64,000 nt of DNA. It comes from a virus. This document shows, piece by piece, positions 9,311-20,100 of this stretch (position 1 is its first letter; each line of letters opens with the position of its first letter). Both the position numbers and the translations under genes were made by a program. Under the pieces are notes generated by a model that worked only from the letters and a program-made list of their open reading frames with translations, had not been told where the DNA came from and ran no database searches. The stretch lies in IMG/VR virus record IMGVR_UViG_3300045988_076381; one strand, given 5' to 3'.

Positions 9311-10309
9311 ATGAGACTAATTAAGCCAAGTATTGAAATATGGGATCAAGAAGAAGGTTTAAATGGGGTATATAAAAGTATTGAACGTGCGGGACGTATT
9401 TGTTATAAAAGTTCTGATAAAATAACAGAGGATTCTGCTGAACCTTTTGTAGATAGAATGATTAAATCACTACATCACTCTATGCTAGAACAGGGTACAG
9501 TATATCTTACTATTCCAAGAGAAGATATTAACTACCATATTTATTTAAGTAAGTACAGAGATAATCCATATTCAGAATGTAGAGTTGCTCAAACTTTAGA
9601 AGGTATACCAGTTGGAAGTTTATATATTAGCACTAATTATAGAGTAATTATAGAACATGACTGGACAGATGATTTAAAGTATCTATGTAAACCAACAAAA
9701 TTTCATGAGAAGAGAATTAGTGTTCATTTTACATGTGATAGGGGAATATGGAACGAATTTATTAGACATAAAACTTTACAGAGGGGAGATGATTGTGAAG
9801 TATATCCAATTGTAGACTACGATTCTGAACAGAATAACTCATTTGCCCAAGAATCTACGAGGTATTGTAATTTCTCTAAGAATAAATTCAATAATGAGAT
9901 TACTTATATAATTCCAACATGGTTAGATATTCCAGAAGGAGAAGCTTATTTCCATGATGGTATAAATTTTAGAGTTGGTGCTAATAAAGAATTTTTTGGA
10001 GAGTCTGTAAATAGTAAAGCTTGGAATAGAAATAATAATTGGAAAGAAGTAGATTCATTTTTACATAGTTTAGATGTTTCAGAGAAGATGTACTTTGATT
10101 TACTAAATTTAGGTTGGAAGCCTCAACAAGCAAGACAAGTACTACCTAATGCTCTTAAAACAGAACTTGTAATGACAGGGTTCATTTCTAACTGGAAACA
10201 CTTTATAGATCTTAGATATAGAGGAACTACTGGAAAACCTCATCTAGATGCATTTTATCTAGCAGAGAAATTATATAATCTATTTAAAGAAAGAGGTATT
10301 GAAGTTTAA
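9311..10309 (+). CDS. thyX: FAD-dependent thymidylate synthase ThyX-like
   Basis: ThyX signature IRHK...SFAQESTRY (RHR...S..QxSxRY type) and C-terminal WKHFIDLR...GKPHLDAFYLAEKL. About 20 aa are inserted inside the signature. Confidence 0.78.
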   Translation: MRLIKPSIEIWDQEEGLNGVYKSIERAGRICYKSSDKITEDSAEPFVDRMIKSLHHSMLEQGTVYLTIPREDINYHIYLSKYRDNPYSECRVAQTLEGIPVGSLYISTNYRVIIEHDWTDDLKYLCKPTKFHEKRISVHFTCDRGIWNEFIRHKTLQRGDDCEVYPIVDYDSEQNNSFAQESTRYCNFSKNKFNNEITYIIPTWLDIPEGEAYFHDGINFRVGANKEFFGESVNSKAWNRNNNWKEVDSFLHSLDVSEKMYFDLLNLGWKPQQARQVLPNALKTELVMTGFISNWKHFIDLRYRGTTGKPHLDAFYLAEKLYNLFKERGIEV

Positions 10310-10635
10310 TGAAAGAATATATTCGATTTGGAGAAATTCCTGATGATGAATGTTCTGGTATACATAATAATGAAGGAAAATTGATTGGGAAAGAGCGTGG
10401 AGTATCATATTATGAATGTATATGTTTCAATAACCAATATAGAATTTTATTACCATATAAACCTACTAGATATACGTGTATAACTCTACATAACTTATAT
10501 GAACAATATTTTGAAGGAAATATAAATATGTATCTTATAACAGGATTTAAAGTTGGATATGGGAGTGATAATGAACCATTATTGAAAAATATACAGGTAT
10601 TAAAGAAGATTAGTAGAAAGTCCTTTAAATCTTAA
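10309..10635 (+). CDS. hypothetical protein (108 aa)
   Basis: TAATG overlap with the thyX stop. Confidence 0.5.
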   Translation: MKEYIRFGEIPDDECSGIHNNEGKLIGKERGVSYYECICFNNQYRILLPYKPTRYTCITLHNLYEQYFEGNINMYLITGFKVGYGSDNEPLLKNIQVLKKISRKSFKS

Positions 10636-10654
10636 TATCCAAATTAAATATAAT

Positions 10655-11128
10655 ATGTCAATTAAAATAAGATCTAGAGTTTTAAAAGCTTCCGAATACA
10701 CCCATTCCATAATATTATTTTCCGATAAATTTCCAGAAAATGAAAATTTTATCCAGAAAATAATATATTACACAGCAAAAGGTATTTTAAATCTTTTTTC
10801 AGTATCTAAATTAGGAGATTTTTTATCCGGATATGTTCTTCAAAAAGTATTTAAACATAGAGGAATATTTGAATATTGGGTAAAAAATAAATGCCAAACT
10901 AAAATTATATATAATATACCTCGCTACCAATTAGACACCCTTATCGAGCGTTGTGATAAAGAAAATATTCCAACCTATCAAGATATCGATTTTAAAACAA
11001 AAGAGTGTGTAGGTCTTTATATAGGGCCTTATTGGACAAATAAATTATATTATGTCTTAGATAACAGAATCATCCAAGAAAAATTTGAATCAGATTTAGA
11101 TATAAAGAATGATGATAAAAATGTGTAA
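10655..11128 (+). CDS. hypothetical protein (157 aa)
   Basis: ORF in the string. Confidence 0.5.
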   Translation: MSIKIRSRVLKASEYTHSIILFSDKFPENENFIQKIIYYTAKGILNLFSVSKLGDFLSGYVLQKVFKHRGIFEYWVKNKCQTKIIYNIPRYQLDTLIERCDKENIPTYQDIDFKTKECVGLYIGPYWTNKLYYVLDNRIIQEKFESDLDIKNDDKNV

Positions 11129-11148
11129 AATAGATTTTAGAATTTAAT

Positions 11149-11856
11149 ATGAATAAAAATAAAAATCCTTTCGTATCATATTCGGAGTTTTTTACTAAAT
11201 TAGATCCTAATACAGAGAAAGTATCTCCAGAAATATTAGATATGAAATTTAAAGATTTAACAAATGATAGAAACAATATTTCTAACAGCCCTGGCAATAA
11301 TGATTCTGGGGTATCTACTAATAGCAGCTCCGATAATTTTAATTTTACTAAACCAGCTGATTCTAGCAATTTGGAAACTAATAGAGCCAATATGGGACAA
11401 AATCAAAAGAATGAATTAAAGAAGCAGATTACTTCTTATATAAATTCTTTAGACATAGAAAATGATTATAAGAAATATTTAATTAGATTAGCTGAAAGAG
11501 AGAGTAATTTTAATCCAGAAGTAATAAATGCACAAGGATTTAAAGGATTATTTCAATTTGGGGATGATGCTTTAAGAGATATCGGGATGACTACTTCTGA
11601 TTATATGTCAGATTGGAAGAAGCAGATTGATGCTGTTATTAAATTTACTAATTTAAATAGAGAAAGACTTAGAAATACCCTAAGAGGAACTAATGGAAAA
11701 GATATCGATGGGACTAAGATAAATGAGTGGGGCTTATTAGGAGCTGCGCATCTAGGTGGCGTTGGGGGAGTGAACAAGTTCCTGTTTAAAGGAGCTAATC
11801 CAGTTGATGCGAATAATACTAGTATAAAAGATTATTTAATATACTTTAGTAAGTAA
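11149..11856 (+). CDS. SLT-domain lytic transglycosylase
   Basis: ERESNFNPEVINAQGFKGLFQF matches the SLT catalytic E-S...GLxQ motif. The N-terminal region is S/N-rich and low-complexity. Confidence 0.75.
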   Translation: MNKNKNPFVSYSEFFTKLDPNTEKVSPEILDMKFKDLTNDRNNISNSPGNNDSGVSTNSSSDNFNFTKPADSSNLETNRANMGQNQKNELKKQITSYINSLDIENDYKKYLIRLAERESNFNPEVINAQGFKGLFQFGDDALRDIGMTTSDYMSDWKKQIDAVIKFTNLNRERLRNTLRGTNGKDIDGTKINEWGLLGAAHLGGVGGVNKFLFKGANPVDANNTSIKDYLIYFSK

Positions 11857-12161
11857 TGAAATATAAAGATATCATATTAATATTCTATTGTTTATTAATT
11901 GTAATATTAACATTTGGAATTGGAAGAATCTCAGGAAAGATATCACATCAAAGTGATATAATAAAAGAGAATTTAAATATACAAAATTATCTTCCATCTA
12001 TAGATATTAGGAGATATTCTCCGGTAAGTGAGACTGAACAGTCTTTATTAAATAAAATGAGTAAAGAAGGTTATTGTTTAGTTGATGTAACAATTGAAAA
12101 TGGAAGAGTATTTTATTATTTTCAAAAGATAGTATATAAGAAAGAATTTAATTTGAAATAA
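11856..12161 (+). CDS. small membrane protein (lysis accessory candidate)
   Basis: N-terminal TM helix IILIFYCLLIVILTFGIG. TAATG overlap with the SLT gene. Last gene of the + arm. Confidence 0.5.
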   Translation: MKYKDIILIFYCLLIVILTFGIGRISGKISHQSDIIKENLNIQNYLPSIDIRRYSPVSETEQSLLNKMSKEGYCLVDVTIENGRVFYYFQKIVYKKEFNLK

Positions 12162-12163
12162 AG

Positions 12164-12207
12164 AAACCCTAACAGTGCATTATGCATTGTTAGGGTTTTT
12201 CTTTTTT
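12164..12207. terminator. bidirectional intrinsic terminator between the convergent arms
   Basis: Stem AACCCTAACAgTGCA / TGCAtTGTTAGGGTT, flanked by AAAGAA upstream and TTTTTCTTTTTT downstream. It sits between the + stop (12161) and the - stop (12206). Confidence 0.75.
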
Positions 12208-12676
12208 ATTTGGCTGGATATTTTTTATTAGATATGTATTTTAAGAATTTAAATTGAAATAATTTCCTAGTATTTAAATATTCTGGATTATTTTCATTAT
12301 ATCTAGCCTCAGTTTCAAAACATATATTCTTATATGCCATATTATATGGAGGTAAAATTATCTCTATAATCCAACATATTACATATATTAACAATGGAAG
12401 TAAAGGAGTAGCTAAAATCCACCATAAAGAGAGATTAAATATTAAACAAGATAAAACTGCTATAATAATAGATGTAATCCAAATCTCAGTCTGTTGATAT
12501 ACATGAATCGTTTCATGTCTAAAAAATCTTTCATTAAGTCTTCTAGTATCACCCTTATGTTCGCTTCTTATCCATAAAATAAAAATAGTTACCATAGCAA
12601 GAAATCCTTTAACTGGAATTAGTGGATTATATATTACTAATGGTAAAAGTTTATGTTTTTGTTTTGATGTAGTCAT
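12206..12676 (-). CDS. polytopic membrane protein with HExxH motif
   Basis: 156 aa with about 4 hydrophobic segments and the motif FFRHETIHVYQ (HExxH). Last gene of the - strand operon. Confidence 0.6.
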   Translation of the reverse strand: MTTSKQKHKLLPLVIYNPLIPVKGFLAMVTIFILWIRSEHKGDTRRLNERFFRHETIHVYQQTEIWITSIIIAVLSCLIFNLSLWWILATPLLPLLIYVICWIIEIILPPYNMAYKNICFETEARYNENNPEYLNTRKLFQFKFLKYISNKKYPAK

Positions 12677-12689
12677 ATATAATAAGTAT

Positions 12690-15600
12690 TTATTCTTCTG
12701 AATTTAATAAATTAAACACGTTCTGAGTTTGTTTTATTACATAAAAATTCTTAGGAATCTCTTTTCCGAAAGAACTTTCTCCTTTAGCTATTCTAATAGT
12801 AGAGTCTTTCAGTCTTTCTAAAAAACTAAGAGCTACCGGAGTATCTAAAGAAAGTCCTAGAGGAGCCCAAAATACAAGTTCGTCAGTGGAATTTAATAAA
12901 GTTTGTCTTAGAATATTCTTAGTTAAGGGATCAAATTCTTCTCCACTTTCTTCTTTATCTTCTATTATTAATCTAAATAATAATGCAAGTAAAGCAGCCC
13001 ACATAGAATCTGCTAATAATTGTCTAGCATTTCTAATTCTATAATCTTTATGTTCTAAAGTTGCATCAGTATTCTTATTTATATAATACTTAAATAAATA
13101 TTGCATATAATAGAATGTACTATTTACCATTCCTTCTATAAATCTTCCAGTCCATTCTTTAGCTGGAATATCTGTAACTTCTGTAGTTTCTATTAAGTGA
13201 GATTCTCCATTTTCATCCACTATAGATTTTAAATAAAGTAAATTTCCTTCATCATCAGTCTTTTGCCTCCACTCCCCTTTAGGAGTTTTATCAGTTCCAC
13301 CTAAGAAAAATCTTTCACGAGTAGACGAGAAGTAAGATTTAAATTGGAATAGTATTTTACCAACAAATTTATGTCTAGCAGCAAAAGCATTTTCATGGTC
13401 CATATAACCAAATAAGGAATCAGCTGAGGATTTTATATTTCTTTTTTCTGCAACGGTATATGCGGAAGGTAATGCTACTGGATTAGATTCATTAAATTTT
13501 AACTCTTCCCAATCAAGATCATTTTCATGTTCAATATTAAATTGAGTTAGATGTGCGATATAATCTGCTTTTTGTTTATTATATAAAGGATGCGATTTAT
13601 CTCCAGATGCGAATATAGAATATCTCCCATCTTTAGTCCAATCATATATCAATTCTCCATCTTTAGACATATGGTGAGCTTTCAAACAATCATCATGAAT
13701 CATTTGAGCTACTATAAATACCATTCTATTTAAAAAATCTGGAGCAGTAGTAGCCCAATAAGCACCTCTTCTTAATAATCCTTTATAACCTTTTCTATCA
13801 GAATTTAATTCGTACGCTAACGAATTAGCATCCATTCTAGTCATCCCATAAAAATAGTTTAAAGCTTCTACTAAAGTCCAATTATCAGAACTTACACCGG
13901 TATTTCCCATAACTATACCATAAGCTTTAGCAGCTTCTGAGGAAGTAAATCCATTATCTCCTAATAATCTACCAGCAGCACGAGTCATTAGAAGATAAAA
14001 TCCTTGGATAGGTTCTCTAACCAATGAATTAAGATTTAATGCCAACATTGAAACTCGTGCGGCTGTAGTAAATGGCTGAATTGCTTTATAAAATTTCTGA
14101 TTAGATTTTTCTATAGCACTTTCTCCAAATATAACAGTTTTTAGATAAATATCAATTTGTTTATTTAAATTCTCAAAGTTAACATTAGTATCGTATGACT
14201 GTAAATATATAGCATGTCTTATATCGTTAATAAAAGGAAGAATAGTATCAAAAGAAGATTTTCTTATATAAGCATGAACGAATACATCCTCTAATAACTC
14301 TAAGTTAGTCTCCCAATAAGAGGTATCTTGTTCTGAAAGATATTTTTCTCTAGTAGTTGGAGAAACATTTAAGAAATTATACATAGTTAAATAATCATTC
14401 TTTCCGGCTTCTGAATCCTGTTCAATCGTTTCTTCTTGAGCTTTAGTAGCCCTTCTTATATCAACCTGTTCATTCCATTTATCTTTTATCCATGAAAAGA
14501 ATCCCTTACTTTTTAATTGGGAAAATGCTGTACCTCTTAATAAAGGTATATCAAAATAGTGCCCGCTTTGAATTAGTTCCTGCACAGGAGTAGTTTTTAT
14601 TGCTTCTTCTTCTGTTAAATTATAATCAACTCCACGCTTTATTCTATTTACATTCCATAAGAAAGATTTCAACCATTTTCGCTCGGCTTGAGAAAGATCA
14701 TTTGTCATGTCATAAGGATTCTTTGCTCTAAAATTACGAGCTATTCTTCCAGTAGAATCTCTCTCAAACATATTTTTAAATGCGTTAGTTGAATCTTTAA
14801 AAGTCCATCGTTCTACTTGAGTAAATCCTTTTGATTTATATAACTCTAACACTCGTTGTAAAGATTTCTCCTTATATTTCTCAAACCATTCACGCATCTT
14901 CTGGAATTGTAATTCAGTTAAATCTACTATATCTTTCATTAAAGGAATCATTTCTGGATTTTCTACATAATACCCTCCTAAGGTCATAGTTTCAGATATA
15001 TTTTTGAGATTGAAACTTATTTGACTTATATCATGATCTGAATCGAAATAGATACGTTTATAATGTAGAATAGTCCTAGATATTTGGGAATATAATAAAG
15101 ATAATCCAGTTGGGTCAGAATCATAATTATTATCTGCTCTAATAATTAATCTGTTTCCGGCTGCTTCTCTAATAATATCTTGTAATTTTCTTAACTGTTC
15201 TATTTTATATCTACCGGTTTCATTATCTAATTTATAATTATTATAGAAATCATAAATTAAATCAGAAGTTCCTTTTACTAATTCTGTTCTATCTTGTCCT
15301 AGAATAGTTAATAGTCTTAATTTTAAAGCTTCTATCCTATCTGCAATTATTAATTCTGATTTAAAGTAATTTGTAATATCTAGTTCCTTAGATAAGATAT
15401 TAAAATTATGCGTTAATTTATTTATATCTATAGGATAAGATTGTCCTTCTTTATAATTAATTACTTGAATATTTCCTATTTTAAAGTTACTAAAATAATC
15501 ATGTAATTCATTTATAACTAACATTGTCTCTAATAACTTAGCGTTTCCTACAGTATTGGATAATAGATTTTTTAATTTCTTATATTTAGCCTCAGATCCT

Positions 15601-17162
15601 AAATTTCCAAAGATATTATGAGATCCATTATTCCAATTAAGTTTTTTTGTTAAATTTATATCTGTCATAGATATAATATCTACTATGTTATTGGCTACAT
15701 CTCTAAACGCATAAATCCCTATCTCCGCTAATTCTGGAAGGTCTAATACTTCATATCCTGGATTATCTATGTAATTACAAAATACTCTAGTTAGATATGT
15801 ATTTGCTTTTTGTGGAAGGTATTTAAATTTATTTTTATCTTCTAAAGATTCAGAAGTCTTTTTTAAATAATCAAACTCTTTCCATAAAGTAAAATAGTAA
15901 GATTCACTTCTATCCTCCATTTTTTCTTGATACTCTCTAGCTTTTTCTAATAATTCTTCTTTAGTTGGAGCTTCTATTACGGGAATATCTTGTCCCTTTC
16001 TTTTAGATACATAATCATTAAAGAACCATACTTTTCTATAATTATCATATTTAGCCACCCTCTCTACAAATTCTTTCGGAGTTTCTTTAGATAATTTCCC
16101 AAAAGCGATTTCTGAGTATTTAGCCACATTTTTAGTAGCTTCTGTATTATAACTTACTTCTGATACATTTGCTCTAATATGTTCTTGTACTATCCTAGTT
16201 ATGTATCCATTAGGATAGGATAATCTTTGCATAGATTTTCCCTCGGTAGTTTTGTTTATAGGTTCTTCAACTTTATAAGATGTAAATGTCTCATTAGTAT
16301 AATTTATATCCGATATAATAATAGGAACTATATTCAAAGAAGCTAACTTTACTCCAATTCCATTATTAGCTAATAACGCTCTATATGCAGCTAATTGATA
16401 ATCTATTGTTAATTGTTTAGAAGAATACCATGTTTCATATGGTTTATTTGAGATTTTAAAATCATAAATTTCTACATTTCCTCTTTCATCTATAGCTAAT
16501 AAATCTAATCGTCCTATGATAGGATCAGATTCATCATCAGAAGTTTGTAGTGTTAATTCCGGGATAAATTTATACTTTTTTCCTTTACTAATTTTAGATT
16601 CTAAATTCTTAAATGTAAAATATAAATTTTCGATTGTATCATATGGAAGATCAACAATCTGAGATATTGTATTTAAATCCTGATTTTTGAAATATAACTC
16701 AGCTACTTTATGTACTTTATCTCCAATCTTTGCTAGATGTCCCCAATTTTCTATATCAAATTCTATCTGTCTCTTCGCATCTTCTTCTGATAATCCTTCT
16801 TTAGTTAAAAGTTTTAACTGATTCTTTTTATATTCCTCTACTTTAAATTCTGGAATTACACGATCTCCATTAGAATTTAGCCAAGTAGTTATAGCTGTAG
16901 TTACTCCCAATCTCTTAGGAGTAACTACTTCATTTTCTTGTGTTGATTGATTAAATTTGGACTCTTGTACAGTAGAATTTAACGCTAAGAGTTTATTATA
17001 TATAGAATCCTGAATAGTATTACTTTCATCAAATACCGCATCTCCATATTTATTATAATAGAGCATATTTCCATAATTCTTGGCTATGAAAGCATCTAAG
17101 TCTCGTTCAGAATTAAAGGAATGCTTAGATCCGTTTATTGTTAAAAAATATTTACATGCCAT
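12690..17162 (-). CDS. giant virion-block protein (1490 aa) with N-terminal PD-(D/E)XK nuclease-like motif
   Basis: Uninterrupted 4.5-kb ORF starting MACKYF. GRLDLLAID-x8-VEIYDFK (D220...E231..D234xK236) fits a PD-(D/E)XK core. Confidence 0.8.
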   Translation of the reverse strand: MACKYFLTINGSKHSFNSERDLDAFIAKNYGNMLYYNKYGDAVFDESNTIQDSIYNKLLALNSTVQESKFNQSTQENEVVTPKRLGVTTAITTWLNSNGDRVIPEFKVEEYKKNQLKLLTKEGLSEEDAKRQIEFDIENWGHLAKIGDKVHKVAELYFKNQDLNTISQIVDLPYDTIENLYFTFKNLESKISKGKKYKFIPELTLQTSDDESDPIIGRLDLLAIDERGNVEIYDFKISNKPYETWYSSKQLTIDYQLAAYRALLANNGIGVKLASLNIVPIIISDINYTNETFTSYKVEEPINKTTEGKSMQRLSYPNGYITRIVQEHIRANVSEVSYNTEATKNVAKYSEIAFGKLSKETPKEFVERVAKYDNYRKVWFFNDYVSKRKGQDIPVIEAPTKEELLEKAREYQEKMEDRSESYYFTLWKEFDYLKKTSESLEDKNKFKYLPQKANTYLTRVFCNYIDNPGYEVLDLPELAEIGIYAFRDVANNIVDIISMTDINLTKKLNWNNGSHNIFGNLGSEAKYKKLKNLLSNTVGNAKLLETMLVINELHDYFSNFKIGNIQVINYKEGQSYPIDINKLTHNFNILSKELDITNYFKSELIIADRIEALKLRLLTILGQDRTELVKGTSDLIYDFYNNYKLDNETGRYKIEQLRKLQDIIREAAGNRLIIRADNNYDSDPTGLSLLYSQISRTILHYKRIYFDSDHDISQISFNLKNISETMTLGGYYVENPEMIPLMKDIVDLTELQFQKMREWFEKYKEKSLQRVLELYKSKGFTQVERWTFKDSTNAFKNMFERDSTGRIARNFRAKNPYDMTNDLSQAERKWLKSFLWNVNRIKRGVDYNLTEEEAIKTTPVQELIQSGHYFDIPLLRGTAFSQLKSKGFFSWIKDKWNEQVDIRRATKAQEETIEQDSEAGKNDYLTMYNFLNVSPTTREKYLSEQDTSYWETNLELLEDVFVHAYIRKSSFDTILPFINDIRHAIYLQSYDTNVNFENLNKQIDIYLKTVIFGESAIEKSNQKFYKAIQPFTTAARVSMLALNLNSLVREPIQGFYLLMTRAAGRLLGDNGFTSSEAAKAYGIVMGNTGVSSDNWTLVEALNYFYGMTRMDANSLAYELNSDRKGYKGLLRRGAYWATTAPDFLNRMVFIVAQMIHDDCLKAHHMSKDGELIYDWTKDGRYSIFASGDKSHPLYNKQKADYIAHLTQFNIEHENDLDWEELKFNESNPVALPSAYTVAEKRNIKSSADSLFGYMDHENAFAARHKFVGKILFQFKSYFSSTRERFFLGGTDKTPKGEWRQKTDDEGNLLYLKSIVDENGESHLIETTEVTDIPAKEWTGRFIEGMVNSTFYYMQYLFKYYINKNTDATLEHKDYRIRNARQLLADSMWAALLALLFRLIIEDKEESGEEFDPLTKNILRQTLLNSTDELVFWAPLGLSLDTPVALSFLERLKDSTIRIAKGESSFGKEIPKNFYVIKQTQNVFNLLNSEE

Positions 17163-17166
17163 ACTG

Positions 17167-20100
17167 TTAACATTTTTCTAGTAATTGTGTATTTGGATTT
17201 TTAGAATTTAATAAACTACTTTTTATATTAGTAATATTCCTGTTCTTAAATGCTTCTGATACATTTTCTGGATTAAATAAAGAGAATCTCTTATTTCCGG
17301 CAGAGAGTAATAAACTATTAAATTCTGTTATTATTTTTTCAATTGGCATCTTACTTAATTTCCTACTTAAAGTTTCTGATATTTTTTCTGGAAGAGTATT
17401 TAAATCTAGAGATAACGTAGAATCTAATACTTTTAAATATTCCCCAAAGAAATCTGTAGAAGATAATAAATTATTTATATTAAACTCCTCGCTACTAAAT
17501 ACCCCACTTAAACTATCTGCTATAAATTCTACGAAAGCTTCTTCTTTAGCATCGTTTAATGTTCTATTAGTAAGTATATTTCTAAATCTCTCATTAAATT
17601 CCGGGAGAGTAGCAACTTTATCTAGTAAAGAGGAATATAAAGAATAATTCTTACTTCTCATTGCTCCCATTATTAAATGCATTAATTCATGTAATGGAGA
17701 AGAGATATCAGCTCTATTAATATTTACATATATTTTCCCATTCCAAATAAACGCTCCTGCTCTAGAAAACGAATCAGCTAAAGTACTATTTAGATTTTCA
17801 GAATCAACTAATTCTTGAATTTTAGCATCATCTATTACGTTAATAATATTATTATATGTTGAATTAATATTTTCTATAACTCTATTTAGAATTTTCTTTT
17901 TATCAAATTTATCATAAGTATCAGTAAAGTATTCCACCTTTTTTATTTGAGGGATTTCATCTGTTATAGATAAATTCTCTAATTCTTTTTGTCTAGTTTT
18001 ATTTATTGGATAATATAATTCTGAAATAAGATATTTTCCGGATTTAATATCGTTAAGATTTATATACCAAGAATTATTATATATCTCTCCATTTAATCCT
18101 ACTATTTCAGACTCTAAATTGATTCCTTTATCAGTTATAGATTTAATTCTAAGATATTTAGTAAATTTATCATTATACTTAATCTTTACAACATCATCTA
18201 CTTCTATGATATTAATAACTTGTTCCGGAGAACGTTGATATATTCTAGGATCATAATAAAATCCAGTTGAATCATTTACTTGAATTCCGGTTCTTATATT
18301 CTTTAGCCCGTAAATTTTAGTATCTTTTACATTATTAGCTTTTATATATTCAGAAGTGAGATCTATCAACTCTCCGTTTTTAATCATATCTAATATTGTT
18401 GGAGTTAATAGTGATACTCTACCATGAGGAAGAGTTTTCTTTTTTGAATCTTGATATCTTTCTTTAAATTCTCTTTCTGTAATATTTTTAGGAATTACAT
18501 ACACTGCCTCTTGTTCAATTGCCCAATCCCGGGATTTGTTCAGGAGGCTTTTCTTTTTCAAGATTTCTTCTAAAGAATAACCATAAGTGCTATGATTTAA
18601 ATCATATAATCTACTTAAACGTTTTTTATTATATTCAGAAATCTCTTTATGTCCAATTATTCCTAATTCATAATTTGGATTTATAGCAAATCCGATATAT
18701 TCTAATTGCTGTGGAGATACTATTTTCCTAAAAGATCTCCTTTTTAAATATCCAGATCTATAACTACCCGGAACAATAATAGTTCCTGTTATAGGGTCAT
18801 AATTAGATACTACTCCAATAAATGTTATATCATTTTCTTTAAATCTAATGATATCTCCTCTTTGTAATTTAGCAGTTTCTTGTTCTGCGTTAGAAGAGTC
18901 TATATTTATAATGTGATATAAATCTTTTAAAGGAATATAGTTAGAATTAGGATCAAATACTATTTCATTATCGACTCTAATAAAAGCTTTACTAACATTC
19001 TCTTTTTTAGTATTTAAATCTTCTACTAATTCTAAATCGGAAGTATTATTATAATGTATAGCTGATAGTGATGGAATATTTATTCTCTGTCCTTTAGAAT
19101 TTTCTGATAATGGAAATTCTGTTTTTAAATCTACAAATCCTATTTTTGGAGCAGAGTCATTTGTTGTTCTATTTAAAAAGTATATTCTATCCCCACTTAT
19201 CCCAACTACTATATGTTTACTAATAACAGGTGATCCATCAGTTCTTTTTAAATCCCATTCAATAGAAACAGAGTCACCAATACGTAAAGATCTAACTTTA
19301 TCTCTTCTATATTTAATAACAGATTCCCTATCTAAATTATCAGAGAAGTCTCCTTCTAATTTCCGATAAGGTTGTTGGTCAGATTTTAGAATATTTAAAT
19401 TGAACCAGATAGATTGATATTTACTTTTATCTTTAGTATTTAAAGAATAAGTATCATAATCATTAATAAACTGATTATATACATTATCTAAATCCGGATG
19501 ATTTTCTTTAGTAAATATCACTGTCTCTATATTCCGAAAAGGAATTTTTTTAGTAAAGTATTTACCATCTTTATTCTTTAAAGCTACTTCTACTATTGTA
19601 CCTATAGTTCTAACCACAGGAGCGTAATATGTAAAAGAATCCCATTCACTATTCTCATCCTCTTTATTCCAAGATCTTAATTTAATTATATCATTTTGAC
19701 GTAATTCTTGGGTTATAGTAGCATTAGTTCCGTTAGAAACATCTAATTTAAATCCTGATTTCCCTACTGTGTAATACTTGAATGAGAGTCCTTTTCTGTC
19801 GAATCCTATAGATTTAATCAGTGGTTGATTATTATAATCTTCTGATTCAATATTTCTTTCATAAGTATCTCTTACATTCTTTATTAAATCTTCCGGAAGA
19901 TTTGGATCTTTCAATGCTCCATATAACTTTCTAAATACAATTTGTTTGTTTTTTTCTAGAGATAATTTAACTAAATCAGTATAAGATATAGTAAAATGTC
20001 CTACATTAGATCCGTATTTATTAACTAATGTAATAAATGTTTCTCCATTTCTATTCTTCCAAACAGATTGAATTGGATGATATTTAACATAGGAAAAATA

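Noticed and set aside
15031-15050. DxDxD strings (FDSDHD here, MDADHHAD at 26827-26850, DNDLD in the 2935-aa ORF) used as proof of which ORF is the RNA polymerase.
   Set aside because: Such short acidic patterns occur by chance in these Asp/Asn-rich proteins. Without a profile or structure comparison the assignment would be invented.
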